A DNA stretch of 64,000 nt from Podarcis pityusensis (lineage: Eukaryota), in NCBI GenBank assembly GCA_964106645.2, contig OZ067051.1, one strand, 5' to 3'. Positions 1 through 12,100 of this stretch are shown here, piece after piece (the first letter of the stretch is position 1; the number at the start of each line of letters is the position of its first letter). A model generated the notes under the pieces. The model ran no database searches. It saw only the letters and a program-made list of their open reading frames with translations, and had not been told where the DNA came from. Both the position numbers and the translations under genes were made by a program.

Positions 1-35
1 CATAGCACTTAGTGTCTGATGTTTCCCCTTCCTAG

Positions 36-1643
36 GCTTTATTCAGAGGATCCCAAGGAGGCAATAAGGCAGTGTGAGCTACTCCTGGGTGAGCCAGACA
101 TCGACAGTGCCATCCGCCTGGGAGATGTTCTCGGCTTCCTGGTAGAACACCACCTACAGGTCCAAGAATTCCAGATGGTGAGTGGTCCAAGCTCTTTCAA
201 GGGTATTTCAATAGAGACAAGCCTCCTTGATAAGACATGGGCAGACCCATTCAAAATATTCAGCACCACACAAGTGTTGTTCTTGTGAGATTGTATGACC
301 ACCGATAATATGTGGTGGTACAATTCTGCATACTATTTTGTATGCAAAATACAACAGAAGCATAATTGAATTCTTTCTTGCATGTATTTTTAGAACTCCC
401 TACACACAGAGAGCTAGAATGTCAGGGAGCAGCCCTTCCCTCAAGTACTAGTTTTCTACCTGTGAGAATGGGGAATATTCAGGCATGCAGATCTTCCACT
501 TACTCCAGTGATTCTTTTAGGAATGTGTAGGTCAGCTCTCAGAAGCACAAATGGAAAATAGCTCACTAGAAGTGTAATGTCTAAACCAGTCCTGAATAAG
601 ATTATTATATAGTTGGATGGCAGGAGGTGGCAGTTCCAAATATAATTTATAAACATTATCATCAGGGGATATTTCTTTGCTCTTACCAACACCTGGTGTG
701 CGGGGAGGAAGGGGGGAGCCACAGACAAGCAGAGGAAACAATTGTGTTGAACCATCTGGAGATGCAATGATTCATTTGCTAAGAGCAGGAAGTGTCAACA
801 TGACCTAGTGTAAAATAGGGAAGGCAGAATTACTGGCTGTGGGCGAAAGGAACTGCTCCTCTGGAACAGCCAGGTGCTCTCTAGTCACATGGAATTCAAG
901 CAAAAAAATGAGCTGCATTAAAAGACACTGCGTGGCAGCAAATCTGTTCTGCAGACAGATCCTGCCGGACTATTAGCCGTCTAATGCCAGGTTTCCCAAA
1001 TAGTACTGCTAACAGTTCTGTAACATCTACCTATACACTGCAACATCTTTAAACAGTCTGTCTCTTGGCTTCCAGCCCTTTAATGCAGGTTCTAACTATA
1101 TGAACATGAAGGAATACAAATTCTAGATATTATGGAGCCTTGGGAATCACTCATACAGCTAATGAAAACCAGCATCTCACAACCCTTCTGCTGTTGGTAT
1201 AGCTATTAGAAAACTCCTTAGTCAGATGTTGAAAACCAGTGGATATGGTTTCACAAAGACAACTCAAATCCGTGGTTATGATTGCACTGTTCCAGTATAA
1301 GCAGATAACGGCTTACAGTCTGAGCTTAAAATAGCTTGTCAGTGCCACAGTCACCTGGAGGTAGATTTTTTTAGTTCATTTTACCATTCTGTTCAAGTGA
1401 GAACAACCCTTGACTAGGACATACTTTTGTTCTCCCTAGGCCTACCGGTACCTAGAAGAGTTGCGGAAAAAGATTCCCTGTGTCAACCTCAATTACTATG
1501 TGAGCCAACAGACTGTGGAGGCAGTCCACAGGGGACTGGGCATTCCTCTGAGCCGAAACACTGCCCCAGAGAGGGTTCGCCACAACAGCATGGAGGAGAA
1601 AGGAGTGGAAGACGAAGTGGCTGATGAAGCAGAGGCTTCCTAA
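36..1643 (+). CDS. IFT140: Intraflagellar transport protein 140, last two coding exons (36..177, 1440..1643); gene continues upstream of the window
   Basis: AG|36..177|GT encodes [49 protein letters not shown]|1440..1643 encodes [53 protein letters not shown]...AEAS*. This matches the IFT140 C-terminus as I recall it (QCELLLEEPDLD, VHRGLG, VRHNSME). The phase-0 junction is consistent. Confidence 0.95.
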
Positions 1644-2811
1644 GCAGTCTGAGCTTGGTCCCTGTAAGATGGTAACTTCTATTCCTGCACTGTTAGAGGA
1701 GAGCCAAAGGATTGCCTTGTCTCATTTTATTAGGGGTAAATAGACTGGTGAGAAGCCAGTTTCTAAGCTATATTGTATGCTTGGCTTTTTCCAAGATGTT
1801 ATGGTTTGAATGCACTGCCCAGTTGTTGAGGTTTGTGCATCTCTTAGCAAGTTAGTAGTGGTAAACATATGTATATGCCATTTTTGTTTTTAGCCCACTT
1901 TCAGGTATTTTAGTACTTTTATTACATTTTTGGGAAACACAAATGTCTTGAGTAATTTTGTATATCAGAAAAGATGAGAGACCAAGAGGTTTGGGCCAAA
2001 ACAGAACTTGATGTAAGCATCATAACACATTGTTTGAAAATCTGATGTAATCAAACAGAGCATCCAACATGACTTCCATTTTCCCTCAACCCCACCCCCT
2101 TCTCCTCTTGGTTACTTTGCAGAAAATGCATCACATTTAGTGCAAGTTGAGAGTGCGCTTTTTGCAGTGTGTGTGAAATAGTGCCAGGAGAAATGACTTC
2201 ATCCGCTCTTGGCAGATGAGCCACATGACCTGTTCACCAGTCCTCTGTTCAGTGAACATCTTAGGCTGAGTTAACAGCACTTTCAAGCCATTTTATCAGA
2301 CCTGATCAGTCAATAGAGTCCTGCTGTGTTACCATTGGCTACTGTAGTCATGCACAAAAGTCAAACAGAAGTTAATGCATGATACCCAGTAAGGACCCAA
2401 AGTCAAAAAGAGCCCATACTCTATCCAGAGCTCAGATGAGACGAACAACACACAGGTTCTAGGAGCTGGCGTAGATCCTTTCCTTTGCAACATACTCATA
2501 TTAACCTGGTTCAAGAACACTGAGTAAATAGTCTCTTTGCTCCTGTCCTGGCTACAGTGTCAGCCTATGCACACACAAGTGTGTGTTTGCAGAAAAGCAG
2601 CAGTACCAGCACACCTCTCTACCAACAGACCAACAACAAATGCATACTCAACTACCCTCTGCTACCAAGCCCAGATGTTAAGCTACCTATCTATGGCTTA
2701 CAGCTCAGTGTCCTCCTTCCATTCCTGTCCTCCAAGCAGAGACAGGGCAGATTCTGAGCCACCAGCTGGACAGAGGGCAGGCAAAGGGCATCTCCATCAT
2801 CAAGCCCTCCT

Positions 2812-5800
2812 TCACGTTTCAAGAGTTTTTTTCTTCAGGTTTTCCATCAGTAGCAGATTCTGCAGTGCCAAACTTCTGCAGTCACCATCTGGGTCCTTCT
2901 CTGCAACATCTGCAGAAAATAGGAAAAGACAGACAAGAGGAGAGGAAAGAATGGCTCGAGGAAATCCCTGTAGAGCATTAGTTGAACTGTCAAGTGTGCT
3001 TCAGTAAAGGAACAATAAAAGGAAGTTATCCCCACCCCAGCTCTCCAAATATCCAGCTTGTTTGATTTTAGACTAAACTTTATTTAGCAACATTTCTTTT
3101 TTACACAGTTACCCCGTGTAACCAAAACATCTCAGCACTAGGTGCTGGCAAGATAAAGTTGCAGCAGCTGTCTGTTTTCTTTAACCACAGGACCAAGTAA
3201 AGATTGGAGGAGTTTTAACACTGAGTAACTGAGGGAACACTGGAACGTGCTCTTTTTTTGGCTCAGTATTTCAGATTCTTTACCTCTAAACTAGTTTTAA
3301 AGGACGAATTTAAAGCCTGACTCCCACACAAACCCAGCTCAAGTTTACAAATCCACATTTTGCATAAAACTTTATGTGAAGTGGTGACTTCCATAAAGCC
3401 ATTTCAGGCATGCACCTATCTGTGTGTGAAAGAAATTTCTGCCCTCATACTCAGAGGTATGCTTCCAACTGCACAATGCAGCAACAATAAGCCACTTTGT
3501 ACAGATGCATTTTTATCAACCGGCAACTTTATGAAACGAGGTATGCACTTCTTTGTACAGTGGTGCCTCGTAAGACAAAATTAATCCGTTCCGCGAGTCT
3601 CTTCGTCTAGCGGTTTTTTCGTCTTGCGAAGCAACCCGATTAGCAGTTTAGCGGCTATTAAAGGCTTAGCGGCTTAGAAAAAGGGGGGGGGGGAGCGAAA
3701 AAAATCTCAAGACTCGCAAGACATTTTCATCTTGCGAAGCAAGCCCATAGGGAAATTCGTCCTGCGAAGCGCATCAAAAAACGGAAACCCCTTTCGTCTA
3801 GCGGGTTTTTCGTCTTGCGAGGCATTCGTCTTGCGGGGCACCACTGTACTGTGAAGCACAAACAGTCCTCATACCATACAGAAAAGTTAGCATCTGATGT
3901 GGCACTTGCATCATTCCTTGTCTTGAGCACTGTGCTATACGGCACATCAACTCGGCTTGCCGGTCTTGTTCTGGCTAGGTTTTTGTACCTTAAACAGCTG
4001 CAGACATATTAAGAATTGAGAAATGCAGCAGGCGAATCATTCCCTCCCCCCAACACACAGATGCCAGGACAGAATAAATTTCAGCTACTGAATTTTTGCT
4101 TGCTAGGCAGCAAATAGGCACTGTACCAGGGGGAGGGAGGGGGTGGCTGGCAGCTCTATATTTCTAACAGTCTTGCAAAGTGGAAATCAGGATGTCAGAG
4201 CAGAGGGGAGCCTGAACAAGTGGCGAGTCTGTGGGAGGAAATCCTGTGCGCACAAGCTAAGCGCTTGAAGCCTAGCACTAGGTCAGTCTGGGTACATGAC
4301 TCACTCAGATAGCCCCCCTCTATTTATAAAATGACAGAATGGAACACAGTTCTAAGGGCAGCCTGCAGTCCAAAATGATTAACATCAGCAGTTGCCCCAA
4401 TGTAACAAAGGCTCATTTAACGAGAGAGTGTGCACCGTGGAAGCAGATGGCTAGCCCAGTAGAAGAAATAAAAGTCAAAACCTCTGTGCTATCACAATTT
4501 TCTAAGCCACTAGCTCTTGCCTTCCCTTTCCATATGCCTATAGCGCTTCATGAGCCAGGCAACATGTTACCCACAAGGACAAAGTTTCTAGTCATCATGG
4601 TTGGAGAGATGTTTAAATATGTGATGACTTTGCCCCTCAACACCTTGACTGCGTATGCAAATCATACCCTATTCACATTACACAATACTTTCCATCTGCC
4701 TAGGAGGATATGGGGTTTTAGCACCAGCCCAGGAAGACTCTTCTCCACCTGTCCAGTTGCCCTCCTGAGCGTTATCAGCCCAAGACCATGCATCCCGTCT
4801 CCTTTCAGGCTAGCCTCAACTCATTGCTCAGCAGGCTACGCTCGAGGACAGCAAAAGCCTATTCCTCCACACACACCACGGCATGGGAAAAGAGGGAATC
4901 TTTAGGCTCCATGGCAGCCCTTTTCCCTTTTAAGGGCACAGATTTCTAGCAGCCAGTCCCGGGATCAAAGACTAGCTGTGCTGGTGTCACATCCTCTCCA
5001 GCTCCCGTGGGAAGCTCACTCTCAGGATCCAAATGGTGAGGGAAAGCAACCCAGGGCAGAAATGGGAAGGCTTCTGAGCTTATGTAGGACATGTGGCACT
5101 TGATTCCTGGCAACTCGCCCCTTCAGCAATGAAATCTGAGTCAGGCTGCATCACCTCGTGCATTTCTGGGCATGCAGGAGACGCTCAACTGCCCTCTCCT
5201 GACTGGAGACTGGTTGTATCCTCCTTTGCTTGTGGGGGTGGGTGCTGAGAAAAATGGCCCAGTGGAATTCCCCACTTCCATACACCCCTCAGGAAGACAG
5301 ACCCATTCACATGACCAAACTAGCACACTGGGAACAAGGACAGAGAAATTCCAGCCTGGGATGTAGCTTCTCTGCCTCTCGCCAATATCAGAGAGTGAGA
5401 GAAGGGTTGACCTCAGCACAACCCCTGCCAACGGCCTGCTCTCACAGTGACTTCTCACCTGCCAGCCAGGCTTGGGTCTCTAAAAGCTCCTCCGTCATGT
5501 CCTCCAGAAGGCACTCAGCAGGGACACTCAGGAGTGTGGAAGAGACAGATGACAAAAGCCCTTGGCGCACATATCTGCAGGGAAAAGGAGTGCCCTTGTG
5601 AAAGCCAGCAGGAAGGAATCTCATCCCTACCCAACTGATAGCTGGTGGCCTTGACACCGCCTTCTGCTTTGCTAGCTTCATTTTTCTGCTGGAGTCACCA
5701 AACTTAGTTGCTTGAATTGCACCGAGAGTTACCCAGAGCTGAACTCAGGAGATTTCTGTCCCACTCACATCTTCTAGTTGCTATTTGGAGTGTAAAGAAC

Positions 5801-6126
5801 ACCACCAAGAAAGCTGTAGCTAAAGCTGCTTTCCTAGAGCATGGGTGGGATGTCCCTCCCCCCCCCCTTGTTTTAATGCATCTACATGGGTTTTTAAAAA
5901 TTATTCTTTTTGTGTGTGTGTGGAGGGAGAGAGAGTGCACAGGGAAAAAACAAGACATAAAAGTGGGGGAAGAAAAAGGGGAAAAAGAACTAACACCCAT
6001 ACGAAATAGTTTAAAAACCCAGAACTTATAAACATTACAAGATCGTTACTGTAGTTAACCTACACTTAACTTACTTGGGAGTTGCCTTGGGCAAGAAAAA
6101 GCAACTAACAAATTATTTATTTAAAT

Positions 6127-6158
<32 letters not shown>

Positions 6159-9100
6159 ATAGGGGGCATATTAATGAAATAACAATAATAATAATAATGA
6201 CATATTCATGCCTGAGGTTGCATCAGTTTCACATTCAAACTACAGACATTGGAAAGTGTTGCTTATGATAATGACTGACTCATTCAAGAACTTGAGGGCA
6301 GTGTGACTTGAAATGCTCTCTCAGCCTCAGTTTTACTCAACCTGACTTTCCCTTTTTGTAGCCGTTTCTCTTCCCCACCTGGCTCTGGCATCTTGGTACT
6401 ACTGGGGGGCCCAAAGGGCGAGAATGGGATGAAGAGAACAAACTCCTTCCCCCACTTGATTGGGTTCCCTGGCTTTGGGTGCAGAGGGTCCCTCCCGCTG
6501 CCACCATGATGCTCACAAGAACTCACGTGTCTGCATGGAAGCGCAGGGTCCAGACGAACTCTAGCAGGGCCTTCCCCATCGCAGATGCTACCTGGAGGAG
6601 ACACACAAATCAGGATCCATGGAAGAGGCATTGAATGGTTAGCCTCGGGTATTTTGCTTTCTGAGGCAGAAAATCCAAATGGTAAAGATATAGTAAGCAA
6701 AGGCTGCAATCCCATAGTCACTTTCCTTTGAGTAAGCCCCACCAAACTCAATGGGACTTGCTCCTTTGTAGGCAGGTATAGAATTATACCGAAAAGCAGT
6801 GACAATTTGCCATCTGTTAACAGTACTGCTGGCTATTGCTTGAGATCAGCAGCCTCCTCCACTCTCCCTCAGAAAGTCTGCCCTGGATTCAAACATTAAG
6901 AGACCAGGAATGGAAACAGTGGCTCATCCACAATTGAAGGCACTACTGCTTCGTACCTGGGGGCGGAGGCAGGGGAATTGCCACATCCTGCAGGTGGTAC
7001 ATAGTGGGGGGAACTCGGCATGCACTTATTTAAGAAATATTGACATACATTTAAAAAACTGAGCTTCACATTTGAAATTTAAATAAACTGTCAAATTGTG
7101 TGTTTTTTATTTTATTTTGTGGGATACGTATTTATATCTCCCTTTTGAACGCATTGTTGGAGTTGCTTGCAAGGCCAAGGAATCTGGATTTATTTATTTT
7201 TTAAATTACAAGTGACCCAATCAAAGATAAAGGACTCAGTCTTGGGAGGCCATCGGGTATGTTAGTGCTTGAAGAGTGGGAAGGCAACAGTGACTGAGAG
7301 CTGTGTCGAGAGTGGACGTTCCACCCACCTGCATTCGCTAGGTCTGCTGGTTTATTGCTGCAGTTCTGAAACCAAGCAGCTTATGCAGAATCCTGAGAGC
7401 ACCTGGCTTTTGGAGTTGGGGCAGGGAAGCTGTGGCCCTCCAGATGCTCCCAGCCCCAGCAAGCATGGCTAGCGGTCGGGGAAGATGGAAGCTACAGTCC
7501 AGCAACATCTGGAAGGCCACAACTTTCCCACCCTGATTTTAGAGGGGCAGAGGGAAGCAAACTCCCAGAGCCAGTGGTAATTACAGAGTGAAGCATGGAG
7601 AGGTGAGCAGCTTCTTCTGCCTTGAAACCAAATGGTCTCTACTAATTCAGAGCCAGAATCAGACCACGCAGTTTCAAAAACTCCCTGCATACACCATGTG
7701 TAGATGCTTCACCCCCTCACATCCTGTCCGCCAAAGCAAGTGTTCACTGGCTCCCTTTGGCAAAAGATGGGATACCACAGCATGCCAAAAGCCAAACACA
7801 GGCAACTGTGTACTTCTCAGGTACTTTGGAAGGGCCTATCTAGTATCCTCACCACACTGTTGACAGCGAAGTACATCAGAATTGCCAGGGTGTGTGTCAG
7901 CCGGGCCAAAACCAGGTGATCATCTCCCAAAAGGTCAAAGGTGGTCAGTGGCCTGGAAAGCAGAGAGGGAGAATGTTCTAACTGGCTCTGAAAGATGGTC
8001 TCCTTCCCTACAAACCTCCTTAGGTTTTAAGATCAGCAAAGGGAGCCTCTTGGTAGTTCCACTGCCCTCAAAAGTTTTGGGAAGGGAGTTGGCCCAGGTG
8101 GGAGAGGGCGTTCTCTGTGGCAGCTCCTAGGTTGGGGAATTCTCCCCCCACAGGTGTATATATAGAACCTTCATTGGTTTCCTTTGTGTGAAGACACACT
8201 TCTGACACCTGATATACATGTTTTCCTGGGACAGCAATTTGTTCTATTTGTTAAAAAAAATCATTATTATTATTAATAATTATTATTATGAAGATGAAAG
8301 AGAAGGAGGAGAAGCAGCAGCAAGCCTTAGTCTTAAACTGCAGCTCCCAGCTCCTATCATAATTGTTGTTTACAAAAAGCTGAGAACAGTTGTTCTCCAT
8401 CAGGCACCCTCTGCTATTGCTAAAGAGAACCAAATTCCAGGAGCCAAGACAGAGCCTTCTTTTTCAGAAGCTGAGCAAGAACAGACATGCAGCAATTCCA
8501 AAAGGAGCCAAGGACCTGGGTGCAAAGGCACCATTTGGACATTTTTGCTGCAGCACTCCTGCAAATGAAAAGGTGAACTACAGTTTAGTCTTTTTAAAGA
8601 GTTTGGACTGTTCTGGCTCTTGGAGCTGTTGGGAGTGGCAAAATAAAAAGACAGAAAAAGTCCTGTACTCTGTTTAAATTAAACTACTTGTTTGTTTAAA
8701 TATAAATGCCTGGTGCATTTATTAACATGGAATACAGACACACAGCCCAGCACCTACCAAACCTGAATCACACACCTGGTTGATTGCTAGCTTACTTTTT
8801 CTGCAATGAGATAAATTTCAGCCATGAATATAATGGGTGCTGTTGCAGGAGATATTCAAAATGTATTCCATGCATGCCTCTGATAACACAACACAGCCCT
8901 AGGGACATGAAAATGCAAATGGCCTCACCTGTCGAAGTTCCGAAGAAGCGGGAAAAAGAAATGACCAGCAACTGGACCAAATCTGTTGGGGGCAGATGGT
9001 GGCTTTGCTTGGGACTGGCCCTGTTCCAAACGAAGTGAAAGGTCAGGCAGGAGAACTGTCACTAGCAAGTGAGACTTGACGAAGACCCCAGAAGAGGCTT

Positions 9101-12100
9101 CATGGATGCAATGTTTTGTTTCACTCTCCCTTAAACAGACCAATCTGCTTTCCTTGTGAGGGATCATTGTAGGACTCTCAGGGTCCTTTCAATTCTATGA
9201 TTCTATGAATTTCAGACATGCCAATCCAGATCCACCGTAATGCTTTGACTATTTGGAAACATAGTTAATCAGCTTAGCATCAGTTTTAAAGGGCACTGGT
9301 GTCTGAAACATGAAATGTGTTGCCATTTGCCCCTAAGTAAGAAAAGGGAAGTTTCTTTTGAAATGCTTAAGCACCTTTGTGGTTAGCAGTGCAACATCTT
9401 ATGACCAAGTTCAGCCACAGACAGGGAAAGCACATCTATTTCTGAATTTCAGGTGGTATCAGCTTAACTCAAAAACGATGTCGGGAGATAGGTGATGTTT
9501 GGTGGTGAAGGGCATGACCCAACTGTGGAATGTGATTGTACTGCATCACCTTCTATGGCACAGATCTGGCCAGCACCTGAATGAATAGACAAGAAGATCT
9601 GTGGGAGGGGGAAATGGAGGCAATAAAAGACGGGAGACAGGACTGAAAAGTTGTCCTCCCTTGAGATGACCATCAGAGGCAGGAGGCCCATCCCAGGATG
9701 AAAATAAGAATATGCTATAGCTTTTCTTTTCCTGGAACAAGATGTGCCTTTGAAATAAAAAGTATGCTAAGTGTTTCCTTGCTGTGTTGACTGGCTCTTT
9801 AAGGCAAACAATCTCCATGCTGGAGTAGTGGTATAGAAGGAGCCATTGTTAATTTGTTAATTGTTACTTTGACCAGATCAGGGATAGAGCTCTCAAGGTG
9901 CTTCCACCAATGTAGCCCTATCAGGAGAGATCAAGGACAGGTCTATAATTTATAGACGGGTTGAAACTGAGGAGAGCTGATCAAACAAGACCCTAATAAC
10001 GTGGGCTGCTGTCTCTCCTGGGCTGAGTAAAGGAAGTTTCTATGAAGGCCTTCAGAACAAAGAGAGAACTCCTCTCCACATGGGGTAGGTGAATGTATGG
10101 CCCCTCCCATTACCAGAAGTTTGGGAAGCCTGAACTAAACAGAAAAGCATATTTCTTGGATGGAGTGGGAGACCCTTGAACACAAGACCAGCTCGTCTGT
10201 CTGCACTGATGTGCCCCTGCTGCAGCTCAAGGCAGTTTTGCATTTCCTGGCTTCACCTTTGCAAACCTTCGGGTCTTGCTTCGGATCCTTTCATCCACAA
10301 CTTTTTGCCAGTCTGGGGAAGAGCTGTTGCTAGGCAGGATCTGGATGCTGGGCTGTTTCAGACTAGGAAGTTGCTTTGCTTTAGGAGAAAAGGGCTGAGA
10401 GAGTTCCTGGGCTGCTCTGGCCAGCACCTGAGTGAATAGACAAGAAGCTGTCAGGCGCTTCTAGCCTGGAGGTGCAGTGCATCCCACTCGCTTCACAAGG
10501 ACAGCAAATATAAAACACAGAGCATCGTTCAAACTACAAGAAACCATTTACAATAGCAAAATAAGGGATGCGGGAGTCAGAACTTCACATATACACAACT
10601 TCATGGCAGAGGTGAGGAATGAACTGGGGAGCTTCCGACAGGTAACTCAGTCTCTTAGCTGCAATGTAACACTATCTCTCGCAAGGCTTGCTTATAATAT
10701 GCTGGAAACGGGTCACTTACATCCAGGATGTCCATGCGCTGGCGGAGACTATAGTTCAGGGAGTAGAACTCAGAGGTCAGAAACTGAGCCACCTAGGCAA
10801 CAGAAAACAAAGGTGAGTTTAGAGGTGTTCTGTGGCTTCTTAAGTCTTACAAGCTGCCCCATCAATCTGGCAAGCTAGGGGCAGAGGAAAGAGGGCAGAG
10901 GAACAGACTGCTTTATTCCAGTGCTTCTGCCCATGGCTTTCCTGCTCTTTCCTAGTAAGATGGGCTTTCCCTGTCCACCTAGTGCAACCTTACCAATCTC
11001 CTCTTCTTACCAGCCCCTTAGCTAAGCTTCTCAAATGGCCCACTCCAAGCCTGGCTAAGAAAGGCCAGCTGCAGATCCTCAGCCCCTGCAGTCAGAACCA
11101 AAGACAGCACAAGGACTCACTGGTGTTGGGTCTGTGACAGCGATGGCCACCAGAGCGCCTTGACGAAGCCCCACAAAGCCTTCTACGTAGCTCTTCTCGT
11201 CTAGATGCAGCAGGACCTTTGCCAGTTCCACGCTCACCTGCACAAAAATACCAAAGAGTGTATGTGTGTGTGTGTGTTTTGAAGTCTCAGCCATTCAAGA
11301 GGCTTGATGTTTCAGGCAGGTCAAGTTGAGAGTCAGCTGGTCTCATTGAGTGTAATAAAAAGTTGCAGGGGGCAGGGAAGAGATGACAGTCCCATACCCC
11401 ATCTCTTGCTGCCACCTTGACACCCTAAGTTGGGTGTTCAAGAGATCACCAAGGTTGCCTAGACTGATTATGCTGCCAAGGAGCTTCAACGTATGTGCAG
11501 AGCAACTGGAAATCATCTAAAGCATACACCCCCAAACTCGGCCCTCCAGATGTTTTGGGACAACAATTCCCATCACCCCTGACCACTGGTTCTGTTAGCT
11601 AGGGATAATGGGAGTTGTAGTCCCAAAACATCTGGAGGGCCGAGTTTGGGGACGTATGATCTAAAGTCCTAACTGCGCCTTCCCCCCTCACACCCCAAAT
11701 ATGATATTTTGCCTTGGACAGCAAAGAAGTCAACTGTCGTAGGGTTGCTGCCACCACCAGAATTACAGAGAACTGTCATTGCCTTCCAATGGCAAAGGGG
11801 ACCACCCTCCTGTATTTCTCACTTGTCAAGGGCAAGCCCCTGAGCCCCAACAAGTTCTCATGGGTTATCTCTAAAGCTGAATCAAGATCAAACCAAGAGG
11901 CACAGGTCACATTTACTTCTCGAGCAGCTGCCACATTTCTTCGGATCAAAGACTCCAGAGTGCTCATTGTGGCTTCATACTTGTCTGGATCTTCGGGACC
12001 AGTCAGGACTGAGAAAAAGAAAAGACGAGAAGGAAGCTTGCATTTGACTTCCCAGTTGTCCAGTCAAGTTAATGCTGTACCAGGAATATATGTTGCATGA

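Noticed and set aside
4339-4905. 188-aa plus-strand ORF
   Set aside because: Antisense within a TELO2 intron, with no recognisable motifs or splice structure; likely a chance ORF.
6284-6805. 173-aa minus-strand ORF
   Set aside because: Overlaps a 65-nt TELO2 exon in a different frame; the rest is intronic.
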